In this document: in pieces, positions 55,367 through 64,000 of the stretch | How the letters are laid out: each line of letters begins with the position of its first letter | Numbering within the stretch: the first letter of the stretch is position 1 | Origin: an uncultured Gammaproteobacteria bacterium | GTDB taxonomy: Bacteria; Patescibacteriota; Patescibacteriia; Magasanikbacterales; UBA922 | Length of the DNA stretch: 64,000 nt | Assembly: GCA_964519725.1 (NCBI GenBank) | Contig: CAZFKS010000004.1 | Location: 11,848-75,847, forward strand | Direction of reading: 5' to 3' | Program-made: the position numbers and the translations under genes | The notes under the pieces: model-generated | Seen by the model: the letters and a program-made list of their open reading frames with translations, nothing else | What the model was told of the DNA's origin: nothing | Database searches by the model: none

Positions 55367-57658
55367 ATGGAAAAATCACAGCAATTTCCAGTCAAAGGCA
55401 TGCACTGTGCCAGTTGCGCAAATATTATTACGCGCAAACTCAAAAAGGTTCCCGGAGTTTTGAGTGTAGAAGTAAATTATGGTACAGAAACGGCCAAAGT
55501 GATCTATGACCATGAAAAAACTAGTGCGCACCACATGTCTGAAGCCATTAAACCACTTGGTTATTCATTGGGGGATGAAGCAGCGGCCATGGGAATGTCA
55601 GCAGATGAACACGCTGCTCACTTAGGTGTAAATCAAACTAAGACTGATAAATTAAAAGAAATTGCGAAACTGAAAACTCAAGTGTTTACTTTGTTACCAC
55701 TGGCCTTGTTTAGTGCGGTAGTTATGACCTGGGATATTTTGGTCCAGTTTGGTGTACTCGCGCCCATGTCTGAAGTGCTGGAAGAATTTTTCCATCACCT
55801 GCTGCCCATTTTTGCGACCTATGCACTGGTGGTGCCAGGAGTACCGTATTTGCTGGGTGTGTATCGTTTTTTCCGGTATGGAAAAGCTAACATGGATACG
55901 CTCATTGGAATTGGAACGCTCTCTGCCTTTTTGTATAGCTTTGTAATTTCGGCCTTTGAAGAAACACTTCGCCCATTTTTAAATGTAGATTATTCGTATT
56001 ATGACGTGACCATTGTGGTCATTGCCTTTATTACCTTGGGGAAATATTTAGAAGCCAGTTCGAAATTAAAAACTGGTGATGCAATTGAAAAACTCCTCAG
56101 TCTACAAGCCAAAACCGCGCTCGTGGTGCGTAATGGTCAGGAAATGGAATTGCCTATTGCCGAAGTGGTAAAAGATGATTTGATTGTAGTTAAGCCAGGT
56201 GCCAAAATTCCGGTTGATGGTATAGTTACCGAAGGTTCGTCATATGTTGATGAGTCAATGATTTCTGGTGAACCAGTGCCTGTGGTAAAAGAAAGAAATA
56301 GCATAGTGGTGGCAGGTACGCTTAATACGAGTGGTAATTTTACTTTTAAAGCCACCAAAGTAGGTGCCGAAACTGTACTGGCCAATATTATTAAAATGGT
56401 GCAAGACGCGCAGGGAAGTAAGGCGCCAATTCAAGCTTTGGCAGATAAAATTTCCGCTGTGTTTGTGCCCATTGTGATTGGTATTGCGGTAATTACACTT
56501 GGTCTTTGGCTCACGGTTGGAGCGCAGTATTTAGGGTTATCTCAAGCAATTTCCTATGGCTTGGTTTCATTTGTGGGAATTTTGGTGATTGCTTGTCCAT
56601 GCGCACTTGGGCTGGCCACTCCAACGGCAATTATTGTGGGGGTGGGGAAGGGTGCAACCGAAGGTATTTTGGTAAAAGATGCGGCCACTTTGGAAAAACT
56701 GCACAAAGTACAAACCATTGTGCTGGATAAAACCGGTACCCTTACCAAAGGTAAACCAGAATTAATGAGCATAGAATCATTTGGTAAATTATCAGAATCA
56801 GAAATTGTCAGTATTTTGGCGGCCTTGGAAGATAAATCTGAGCACCCTATTGCGCACGCCATTGTGAACTATGCCAAGGAAAAAAATAGTGCTATAAAAT
56901 CAGTGGAAAAATTTGAGAGTATTAAAGGCAAGGGTGTGCGCGGAGAAATTGATGGCGCAGAATATTTTGCCGGCAATGTAAAATTAATGACTGATCTGGG
57001 AATTGATTTTGACTCTGCACTTATTGAACAAGCTACACGTCAAGGTAAGACTCCGGTTTTATTGGCTTCTAAAAAAGAATTACTGGGAATAGTAATGGTG
57101 GCTGACGCGATTAAACCAGAAGCAAAGGAGGCGATTGCTTCGCTACATACATTGGGAATAAAAGTGGTCATGCTGACTGGTGATAATCAAAACACGGCCA
57201 ACTTTATTGCCAAAGAAGTGGGAATTGATAAAGTAGTGGCTGAGGTTTTGCCACAAGACAAAATGGAACAAGTTAAATTTTTCCAATCACAAGGTGAAAT
57301 TGTGGCTATGGCTGGTGATGGTATTAATGATGCACCGGCTTTGGCGCAAGCTGAGGTAGGAATTGCCATGGCGACAGGCACAGATGTAGCCATTGATTCA
57401 GCTGGTATCATTTTACTTGGTGGTGACATTGCCAAGATTAGCAAGGCAGTTAAACTATCTCGTGTCACCATGCGCGGAATTAAACAAAATTTATTTTGGG
57501 CTTTTGTCTATAATATTGTTGGTATCCCAATTGCGAGTGGGATTTTTTACCCGCTTTTCGGTTGGCTTCTTAATCCAGTGTTTGCGGGTGCAGCGATGGC
57601 CCTTAGTTCGGTATCAGTGGTGTTGAATTCTTTACGTTTAAAAACTACTAAACTCTAA
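55367..57658 (+). CDS. copA: copper-translocating P1B-type ATPase
   Basis: N-terminal HMA domain GMHCASCAN, CPC motif IACPCALGLATP, DKTGTLT phosphorylation site, and GDGINDAP. Confidence 0.9.
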   Translation: MEKSQQFPVKGMHCASCANIITRKLKKVPGVLSVEVNYGTETAKVIYDHEKTSAHHMSEAIKPLGYSLGDEAAAMGMSADEHAAHLGVNQTKTDKLKEIAKLKTQVFTLLPLALFSAVVMTWDILVQFGVLAPMSEVLEEFFHHLLPIFATYALVVPGVPYLLGVYRFFRYGKANMDTLIGIGTLSAFLYSFVISAFEETLRPFLNVDYSYYDVTIVVIAFITLGKYLEASSKLKTGDAIEKLLSLQAKTALVVRNGQEMELPIAEVVKDDLIVVKPGAKIPVDGIVTEGSSYVDESMISGEPVPVVKERNSIVVAGTLNTSGNFTFKATKVGAETVLANIIKMVQDAQGSKAPIQALADKISAVFVPIVIGIAVITLGLWLTVGAQYLGLSQAISYGLVSFVGILVIACPCALGLATPTAIIVGVGKGATEGILVKDAATLEKLHKVQTIVLDKTGTLTKGKPELMSIESFGKLSESEIVSILAALEDKSEHPIAHAIVNYAKEKNSAIKSVEKFESIKGKGVRGEIDGAEYFAGNVKLMTDLGIDFDSALIEQATRQGKTPVLLASKKELLGIVMVADAIKPEAKEAIASLHTLGIKVVMLTGDNQNTANFIAKEVGIDKVVAEVLPQDKMEQVKFFQSQGEIVAMAGDGINDAPALAQAEVGIAMATGTDVAIDSAGIILLGGDIAKISKAVKLSRVTMRGIKQNLFWAFVYNIVGIPIASGIFYPLFGWLLNPVFAGAAMALSSVSVVLNSLRLKTTKL

Positions 57659-57659
57659 T

Positions 57660-58640
57660 ATGGAAAATAATCTGTTTGTTATTTTCTTAACTGGGCTAAT
57701 TACTGGTGGGCTGACTTGTCTGGCAGTGCAAGGCGGGCTTTTGGCCACAGTAATTTCTGAGCGTGAAAAAGAGCGCTTAGTTGAGGAGGGAAAAAAGGGG
57801 AATGCCCGCCCGATTTTGTACTTTATTGCGGCCAAACTGGCTGCTTATACAGTGCTTGGGTTTTTGCTTGGCTGGTTTGGTTCATTCTTTACTCTGTCAG
57901 TTACGGCGCAAGCAATTCTGCAATTTATAGTGGCAATTTTCATGATTGGAACAGCGTTTAACTTGCTGAACGTTCATCCGTTTTTTCGGTACTTTGTTAT
58001 CCAACCGCCAAAATTCTTGACTCGTTTGGTGCGTAATCAATCTAAAAGTAAAGACGCGTTTGCGCCTGTACTTTTGGGAGCGTTCACTGTCTTTATTCCG
58101 TGCGGCACAACCCAAGCTATGATGGCTCTGGCCATTGCTTCAGGTAGTCCACTGTACGGTGCCGCGATTTTGTTTGCGTTTGTCCTAGGGACTACACCAT
58201 TATTCTTCTTGTTGGGATATTTTTCTACCAAGCTTGGTGATGTGTACCAAAGAAAATTTTTCAAAGTAGCAGCGGTCGCGATTATTTTGTTGGCAATATA
58301 TAATCTGCGCGGCGCAATTGTATTGACTGGCTTCAATTTCGGTGATACCCAAGGTGTGGAACAGGCTGCCGTTGCCTCTGAAGCCACCATCACTATTGAA
58401 CCATCAGGCTATAACCCAAAAAATATTTCTGTGCCAGCTGGTCAAACCGTAAAGTTGCATTTAAAAAATAATAATACCTACAGCTGTGCGCAAGCTTTTA
58501 CCATTCCTAAATTAGGAATTCAACGCGTGGTCGCGCCTGGGCAATCAACTACCATTGAATTTACCGCGCCAAAGAATCCAGGTAAATTGGTTTTTTCCTG
58601 CAGTATGGGGATGTATAAAGGTACTATTAATGTAATTTGA
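57660..58640 (+). CDS. polytopic membrane protein (TauE/CcdA-like) with C-terminal cupredoxin-like domain, putative copper-handling accessory
   Basis: At least six TM helices. The C-terminal beta-sandwich region (VKLHLKNNNTYSCAQAF...SCSMGMYKG) has candidate Cys/His/Met ligands. Operon context with copA and copZ. Confidence 0.45.
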   Translation: MENNLFVIFLTGLITGGLTCLAVQGGLLATVISEREKERLVEEGKKGNARPILYFIAAKLAAYTVLGFLLGWFGSFFTLSVTAQAILQFIVAIFMIGTAFNLLNVHPFFRYFVIQPPKFLTRLVRNQSKSKDAFAPVLLGAFTVFIPCGTTQAMMALAIASGSPLYGAAILFAFVLGTTPLFFLLGYFSTKLGDVYQRKFFKVAAVAIILLAIYNLRGAIVLTGFNFGDTQGVEQAAVASEATITIEPSGYNPKNISVPAGQTVKLHLKNNNTYSCAQAFTIPKLGIQRVVAPGQSTTIEFTAPKNPGKLVFSCSMGMYKGTINVI

Positions 58641-58641
58641 T

Positions 58642-58857
58642 ATGGAAAAAGCAACTTTTAAAATTATCGGGATGCACTGCGTCAGTTGTGCCATGAATAT
58701 TGACGGTGAACTAGAAGATTCGGGAAAGGTTCAATCCGTTAGTACTAACTTTGCCAAAGCCCAAACTGTGGTGGAATTTGATCCAAACTTAATTTCTGAA
58801 GAAGAAATAAGAGAAACAATTCAAAAAGTTGGATACACAGCGGAACGCGTGAACTAG
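58642..58857 (+). CDS. copZ: copper chaperone CopZ (HMA domain)
   Basis: GMHCVSCAMNI metal-binding motif within a 71-aa ferredoxin-like fold. Confidence 0.8.
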   Translation: MEKATFKIIGMHCVSCAMNIDGELEDSGKVQSVSTNFAKAQTVVEFDPNLISEEEIRETIQKVGYTAERVN

Positions 58858-58966
58858 ACAGCGGCTGTAAAGTCTAAATTGATAGACAGTCGATAAAATC
58901 TAACCCGATGTGGAGCGTTACATCAGGGTTGGATCATAGGTGGGGTGGGCAAGAAGATGATCAAGG

Positions 58967-60442
58967 TCAGCGCCCCAAATCAAGCGTCGCAGTGGTCCGA
59001 ATCTGCTCCATGAATTCTGGCATGTGTGACACAATGATCACCGCGCCCTGAAAATTATCAATTGCTTTCGCAATGATTGGCAAATGACGGAAGTTAATGT
59101 GATTAGTTGGCTCGTCCAAAATCAAAAGACCTGGCTGTTGCAAAACAAAGCGCGCGTAACACAGCAACCCTTTTTGACCTTCAGATAATGAGCCAACCGT
59201 ATTGCGCATAATGCTGTGGTGGAGCAGAAAAGCGGCCCCAGTGGCATAAATAGTTTGATTGTCTGGCATGCCCATCATTTCCGCGAGTGAGTCAAAAACA
59301 GTTTTATTAAAATCTAAACCAGAAAAATCTTGGCGATAATATCCAACTTTGAGCCCGGGATTAATTTTCATGCCTGGCTCAGTACCTGCGGCCAAAGCTT
59401 TGAGTAAGGTACTTTTACCAATGCCGTTTGGGCCCACAATCTGCAAGCGATCACGGCGCCACATTTTATATTCAAATGGTTTGCTAACTGGTTGGTGGTT
59501 AACCAGCGCGGTCACACTGGTAAATTCAGCCACCACTTCTGGCCAGTGTTGGGCTGGAATTTCAAATTCGCCAATGGTGGTATCATCGCGTTTTACATCT
59601 ACCATGTTTTCTTCGTCCTCAGCCACTTCCTCTTTTAATTTAGCGGCGAGCTTACGCATCTTACCACCTTTGTGTGCAAAAAAGTTTACTTTATCTTTAC
59701 GGTCCTGAATATTTTTTAAAAGCTGCGCATTCTTGCGTTCTTCGCGTTCAATTTGGGCGGCAATTTCTTGGAGCACATCGTCGTAATTACCATTGTACTG
59801 CTCAACTTTTTTGGTGAACACATCCAAATTTAACACGCCATCAGTAAAGGAATTTAAAAACGCGGCGTCGTGAGAAATGACCAGCACGGTTTTCTCGTAC
59901 ATCATCAAAAAATAGGTGAGCTGGCCAATGCCGTCTGAGTCCAAATTGTTAGTTGGCTCATCAAGAAGCAGAATGTCAGGGGATTGAATTAGGGCATGCG
60001 CCAAAAGTAAACGCGCTTGTTGACCACCAGACAGTTCACCAACTTTTTTGTCGAGTGGCACGGTTAAATGCACCACTTCCATCACGTCTTTAGCGAGCTT
60101 TTCCAAATTATATTTTTTTTCTGTAAAGGCGGTCGCAAAATATTCCAGCACGGTCAGAGTGAAATTTTCCTTGGGCATGACCTGGTGGGCAATGGCAATT
60201 GAGGCATTGTCCCGCACATGAATTCGGCCAGCCTGTGGCTTTAGGACCACACCATCGTCACCAGCTTTACCAGCTGTGCCTAGGAGGAGGTTGAAGATCG
60301 TACTTTTGCCCGCGCCATTTTGACCCATAATGGTCACCTTGGCATTTTCGCGCACGGAAAAATTGGCCTCTTCTAAAATCGGCTTATCTTCATTGTAAGC
60401 AAAGGAGGTGTTTTCAAAACGGATAATAACGTTTCCAGCCAT
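58967..60442 (-). CDS. ABC-F family ATPase (tandem ABC domains, no TMD)
   Basis: Two Walker A motifs (GQNGAGKST, GPNGIGKST), two signatures (LSGGQQARL, LSEGQKGLL), and an inter-domain linker. Confidence 0.8.
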   Translation of the reverse strand: MAGNVIIRFENTSFAYNEDKPILEEANFSVRENAKVTIMGQNGAGKSTIFNLLLGTAGKAGDDGVVLKPQAGRIHVRDNASIAIAHQVMPKENFTLTVLEYFATAFTEKKYNLEKLAKDVMEVVHLTVPLDKKVGELSGGQQARLLLAHALIQSPDILLLDEPTNNLDSDGIGQLTYFLMMYEKTVLVISHDAAFLNSFTDGVLNLDVFTKKVEQYNGNYDDVLQEIAAQIEREERKNAQLLKNIQDRKDKVNFFAHKGGKMRKLAAKLKEEVAEDEENMVDVKRDDTTIGEFEIPAQHWPEVVAEFTSVTALVNHQPVSKPFEYKMWRRDRLQIVGPNGIGKSTLLKALAAGTEPGMKINPGLKVGYYRQDFSGLDFNKTVFDSLAEMMGMPDNQTIYATGAAFLLHHSIMRNTVGSLSEGQKGLLCYARFVLQQPGLLILDEPTNHINFRHLPIIAKAIDNFQGAVIIVSHMPEFMEQIRTTATLDLGR

Positions 60443-60451
60443 AATGCCCCC

Positions 60452-60480
60452 AGAATACGCTAAATTGGCCTTTTTGTCAA
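60452..60480 (-). promoter_or_regulatory. sigma70 promoter (TTGACA, 17-nt spacer, TATTCT) for the ABC-F gene; it predicts a leaderless or near-leaderless mRNA
   Basis: The RC of 60475-60480 is TTGACA and the RC of 60452-60457 is TATTCT. The start codon at 60440-60442 lies about 10 nt downstream of the -10. Confidence 0.4.
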
Positions 60481-60496
60481 TAATAATGGCTAAAAC

Positions 60497-60525
60497 TTGA
60501 CATTTTTAGGGGTTTTTGGTACACT
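60497..60525 (+). promoter_or_regulatory. sigma70 promoter (TTGACA, 17-nt spacer, TACACT) for rpmG, with an approximately 95-nt leader
   Basis: -35 at 60497-60502 and -10 at 60520-60525. The leader contains reiterated cagttgg-like motifs. Confidence 0.45.
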
Positions 60526-60622
60526 CTCCCCAAGTTTTGAGTAACCCATAACCAGTAGTTGGTAGCGCTGGCAGTTGGCAGCTCAACCTTTACCTATATT
60601 TTGTATGTCACAAGACGCCATG

Positions 60623-60760
60623 ATCAAACTGGAATGCACTGAGTGCAAGACAGTAAACTACTTTTCTCGCAAAAATAAAAAGATTTTGAAAAATCGTTTG
60701 GAAATGAATAAATTCTGCAAGCACTGCGACAAGCACACCTTGCACAAAGAAACCAAATAA
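60623..60760 (+). CDS. rpmG: 50S ribosomal protein L33
   Basis: [21 protein letters not shown]...[14 protein letters not shown] matches the L33 zinc-ribbon consensus. The ORF-track ORF begins at 60575, but the L33 alignment supports ATG 60623. Confidence 0.75.
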   Translation: MKLECTECKTVNYFSRKNKKILKNRLEMNKFCKHCDKHTLHKETK

Positions 60761-60766
60761 GTAAAA

Positions 60767-60800
60767 TCCTCTGTCAGCTGACAGAGGATTTTTATTTGCG
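60767..60800. terminator. bidirectional intrinsic terminator
   Basis: Perfect palindrome cctctgtcagctgacagagg flanked by A/T tracts. Member of the cctctg/cagagg stem family. Confidence 0.65.
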
Positions 60801-60842
60801 AAAAAGCTAGGATTCAGGTACAGTTAGAGAAATATTTTTTAT

Positions 60843-61655
60843 ATGAAATTTCTTGAATCCGTGTATCACAGTTTGTTTGACATTGAGTGGCTCCGCGCCA
60901 AACGCGACACTGGTCGCTGGGCCGCGGTTGGATTTTTATTTGTGGTCACTAGCGTGATTGGGCTCCTGCGGGTGGTGCCACTACTTGGTTTTATTGCGCC
61001 AAAAGCCGTGGCTGTAGGTGAACAAAAATTAAAAGATGATGTACCCGATTTTTCCTTGATCATGGAAAACGGTCAGTTGCGCACCGAAAAATTGCCGCAG
61101 CCCTATGTCTTTACACAGACGAGCGGGGACGAAACCTTTACTCTGGTTATTGACACGATTAGTACTAGCTCACCGAGTGTGGAAAGTTTGATCAAAAATA
61201 AAGACACAGACATTGCGTTCGTGTTGGGGCATGACCAATTTAGTTATTTTGACCCTGAATTAAAAGAAGTGAAATCTGAATCGTACACTGATGTACCAAA
61301 TGGTACTCTTACTAAAGATCAGTTAGTAACCTGGGTAGAAAAGTTCCGTACTACGTACTTAGTTCCGATATTTGTGGTACTGGGTGGACTGTTTGTACTA
61401 ATGTTTTTTGTGGGCCGCTTAATTTCAGTGGCGCTTTGGTCTCTGGTGTTTTTGGTGCTAGTAAAAATTAAGAAGTGGAATTGGACTTACCGCGAACTGA
61501 ATACAGTGGGTAAATATGCTTCCACCTTGCCCCTTTTGGTGTCTTCGGTCATGTTTTGGTTTGGGATTAGCTGGCCGCTGGCGACCATGGTGTATGTGGG
61601 CATGATGTATTTGGTAGTGAATCCGGAGTATAAAATGAAACACGAGGGGGTTTAG
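60843..61655 (+). CDS. hypothetical polytopic membrane protein
   Basis: ORF-track ORF with several hydrophobic helices at both ends. No family assigned. Confidence 0.45.
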   Translation: MKFLESVYHSLFDIEWLRAKRDTGRWAAVGFLFVVTSVIGLLRVVPLLGFIAPKAVAVGEQKLKDDVPDFSLIMENGQLRTEKLPQPYVFTQTSGDETFTLVIDTISTSSPSVESLIKNKDTDIAFVLGHDQFSYFDPELKEVKSESYTDVPNGTLTKDQLVTWVEKFRTTYLVPIFVVLGGLFVLMFFVGRLISVALWSLVFLVLVKIKKWNWTYRELNTVGKYASTLPLLVSSVMFWFGISWPLATMVYVGMMYLVVNPEYKMKHEGV

Positions 61656-61721
61656 TCTAGATTTTAAAAAAGCAAGCCTAGGCTTGCTTTTTTTGTGGTT
61701 TTAGGGTTTACTATGGCCCAT

Positions 61722-61792
61722 GGGCGCGTCGTATAATGGTAGTACTACGGTCTCCAAAACCGTTAGCGTCAGTTCGATTCTGGCCGCGCCTG
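61722..61792 (+). tRNA. tRNA-Trp (anticodon CCA)
   Basis: Hand-folded. Acceptor GGGCGCG/CGCGCCT, anticodon stem ACGGT/ACCGT, loop CTCCAAA, T-loop TTCGATT, short D-arm. Confidence 0.65.
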
Positions 61793-61877
61793 CAATAGAA
61801 AACCAGATTGTAAAGCAATCTGGTTTTTGTTACCATGGGTATATTCGACAAATTTTCCACTTAATTGACTTAATAAT

Positions 61878-62798
61878 ATGAAAGAGCAACAAAATTTTAC
61901 CAAGCCGCACTTTAGTCTATCCACTAAAATTACCTTAGTTCTACTTGGAATTTTTGCTTTGGTCGGAATTGGTTATGGTGCATACCAAGTCAGAATTTCT
62001 AATACCGAACGCGGCCAATTGGTTAAAGAAAGTGATTCGACATCTGCACCAGCGCCAACCAGTTTACCAACCGAATCTACTTCCACACCAAAACCCGCAT
62101 TAGAAACAAAAGAGTTTACTTTGCGCTCAGGTACGGTAATTACTGTACCTAATACGTGGAAAATTACTTTGTCAGACGTTGGTAACAATGTACAAAGAGA
62201 CTCATATACGGTAAATTCTGGCACAGAAGAAATCTTTTTGAGTGAGTATAACGTGTCTGAGTGGCTCAAAGGACCAGATCCAGATGAGGGATATGTTATT
62301 GACGCAAAAGAACGGGCTGAGGTAGTTAGAATTTTAAAAAATGCATATAGTGATGAACAATTAAGCATGGTTTTAAAGGCTGATTTTAAAAAAAGCGGTG
62401 GGGAATTTTTTGGCTATTCAACCACTATGCGGGTGGGTCCATACTATGTTGCTAGCACTAATAATGTTTGGCGTGGCTTGGCGTTCTATAATACTTATGG
62501 TCAAGCCCCAGGCGTATTTCCTATTTATCATTTAAATCTGTTTAATCCAGACAAGAATAGTATTTTAGCGGTGGCCGTGAATTTAGAAACTAAACCAGAA
62601 ATTGAACAAATCAATAAACCTGTGTTTACGGCTTTAGAAAATTGGGAACAAAAAATCAATAATCCACCTGACATTAAAACAATTGATGAAAAAGCGCATC
62701 AGGAATTTAAAAATCTTATCGAAAAAACTGAGCGAAACAAATTATCATTTGGAGGGCTTTTAAACCAAATTGACGCAGTGTTGAAAAGTGCTCGCTAA
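61878..62798 (+). CDS. hypothetical secreted or membrane-anchored protein
   Basis: N-terminal TM/signal anchor and a Ser/Thr/Pro linker. No family assigned. Confidence 0.45.
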   Translation: MKEQQNFTKPHFSLSTKITLVLLGIFALVGIGYGAYQVRISNTERGQLVKESDSTSAPAPTSLPTESTSTPKPALETKEFTLRSGTVITVPNTWKITLSDVGNNVQRDSYTVNSGTEEIFLSEYNVSEWLKGPDPDEGYVIDAKERAEVVRILKNAYSDEQLSMVLKADFKKSGGEFFGYSTTMRVGPYYVASTNNVWRGLAFYNTYGQAPGVFPIYHLNLFNPDKNSILAVAVNLETKPEIEQINKPVFTALENWEQKINNPPDIKTIDEKAHQEFKNLIEKTERNKLSFGGLLNQIDAVLKSAR

Positions 62799-62815
62799 GA
62801 TTATTAAAGAAAAAA

Positions 62816-63655
62816 ATGATAGTTCAAAATATGAATTGTCGAGTGGCTGTGGTCCAATTCAAAATTAAGCAATTTGGTCCAAAAGAAAATTTAGCGAAAA
62901 TTGAAAATTATATTCAAAAAGCCGTCCGTGATAAGGCTGATATCATTGTATTTCCCGAAGATTGCGTGATTGGTTCAATTGAAGAAGGAAAAGAATTCGC
63001 TGACATTAACCACAAATACCGAAATCATTTTCAAAATTTGGCAAAGAAATACACCATTGATATCGTGACTGGGACTATTGGTGAATGTGAGAAAAAACGT
63101 TATTATAATACAGCCTACTACATTGATTCAATGGGAAAGGTTAAGGGTCAATATCGCAAAGTACATCTTTGGGTAACAGAAAAAAAGTTTTACACACCAG
63201 GAAAAGATATTTGCGTCATTAATACGCGGTTTGGAAAAATTGGTTTAGTGGTTTGTTGGGATTTGGCATTTCCAGAAATTTTTCGCACCATGAAGAAAAA
63301 AGGGGTGCAAATGGTTTTTTGTTCAAGTTACTGGTCGTATGAAGACGCGGGTTATGGTATGAAATTTGATAAAAAACTAGAGGCGCGTTTTATTGACGCA
63401 CTTTGTCTAGCACGCGCGTATGAAAATGAGATTGCCGTGGTGCAGTGTAATACTGCGGGCAAAGTTTTGTTTAAAGATGGTTTTGCGACTTCAGTGGGAC
63501 ATTCACAAATTACCGTGCCTTTCAAAGGGGTAGTGAAAAAAATGAACCATAATCGCGAGGGAATGTTTGTAGAAAATGTTGATTTAAATATTCTCAAACT
63601 CGCAGAACAAAATTACCAGATCGAACGGGATTTGAAACAGGGGATTGTAATTTAA
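62816..63655 (+). CDS. carbon-nitrogen hydrolase (nitrilase superfamily)
   Basis: Glu (VFPED), Lys and Cys (VVCWDLAFPE) catalytic triad arrangement. Confidence 0.75.
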   Translation: MIVQNMNCRVAVVQFKIKQFGPKENLAKIENYIQKAVRDKADIIVFPEDCVIGSIEEGKEFADINHKYRNHFQNLAKKYTIDIVTGTIGECEKKRYYNTAYYIDSMGKVKGQYRKVHLWVTEKKFYTPGKDICVINTRFGKIGLVVCWDLAFPEIFRTMKKKGVQMVFCSSYWSYEDAGYGMKFDKKLEARFIDALCLARAYENEIAVVQCNTAGKVLFKDGFATSVGHSQITVPFKGVVKKMNHNREGMFVENVDLNILKLAEQNYQIERDLKQGIVI

Positions 63656-63667
63656 TTACCTAAATAA

Positions 63668-63695
63668 ATCTAAAACACCCCGCGCACGAGGTGTT
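63668..63695 (+). terminator. intrinsic terminator
   Basis: aaaacacctcgtgcgcggggtgtttt-type hairpin (aaaacaccccgcgcacgaggtgtttt). Confidence 0.55.
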
Positions 63696-63732
63696 TTAGA
63701 TTGTGGCCGAACGAGTCGGCCGTGCGGCGGAC

Positions 63733-63999
63733 TCAGGCAAAAAAGCCGAGCCTCTGCCACCAGTGGGGTGGGAAGGTATACCTAGGTTTCAGGGTTTGGT
63801 CAGACTCACTTGAGTGAGCCGTAACCTCAACCCCGGCCTCAACCAGGAAAATGAATTCCTTGGGAGACCGTACCCAGGTTTCTAGGACTACTTGTCCATC
63901 CTCTGACTCCACGAAACCGTAGAAGTCGACGAGGGTCGGGCCGAGTCTAAATCCTACCTGGGCTTTGAAATCTCCGCCCAAGGTGCTTTCGAGTACCAC
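63733..63999 (-). CDS. hypothetical high-GC ORF, likely truncated by the window end
   Basis: ORF-track ORF in a GC-rich segment (63700-64000) whose composition matches the other foreign cassettes. The upstream boundary cannot be assessed. Confidence 0.3.
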   Translation of the reverse strand: MVLESTLGGDFKAQVGFRLGPTLVDFYGFVESEDGQVVLETWVRSPKEFIFLVEAGVEVTAHSSESDQTLKPRYTFPPHWWQRLGFFA

Positions 64000-64000
64000 C

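Noticed and set aside
1-64000. CRISPR arrays, IS elements or transposases
   Set aside because: No periodic direct repeats with unique spacers were seen. There are no terminal inverted repeats flanking a DDE or HUH-type ORF.

Overview
The window is an AT-rich (roughly 40% GC), gene-dense bacterial chromosome segment. Its housekeeping content resembles a small-genome, CPR/Patescibacteria-like or Firmicute-like organism. Genes include recG, radA, clpB, htpX, lemA, rseP, pheST, dnaE, tsaD, hup, rplJ-rplL, tsaB, mreB, ribA-ribD, holB, frr, glyQS, tpiA, bcp, mutM, a csoR-copA-copZ copper operon, an ABC-F ATPase and rpmG. There are also eight tRNAs and a minus-strand cluster of secreted or surface proteins. 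The main anomaly is a set of short high-GC segments (about 60-65% GC) embedded in AT-rich DNA. Each carries its own near-consensus sigma70 promoter, strong Shine-Dalgarno and intrinsic terminator. The first is an approximately 0.8 kb single-gene islet between 39-bp direct repeats of the tRNA-Thr(GGT) 3' end, with attL/attR-like architecture but no integrase. The second is a three-gene island (a Nudix-like gene plus two unknowns) beside tRNA-Glu, with homologous 3' flanks. The third is a single-gene cassette at 1.3 kb. The fourth is a pair of tandem, hairpin-dense high-GC transcripts between recG and radA that look like structured ncRNAs of unknown family. A fifth high-GC segment is truncated at the window end. 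Other notable points are two adjacent cell-wall-hydrolase-like proteins sharing a paralogous module, a tRNA-Arg with a GCG anticodon, a CsoR operator over the copper promoter, a T-box-like leader before glyQS, an L10 leader, and a recurring terminator stem family.
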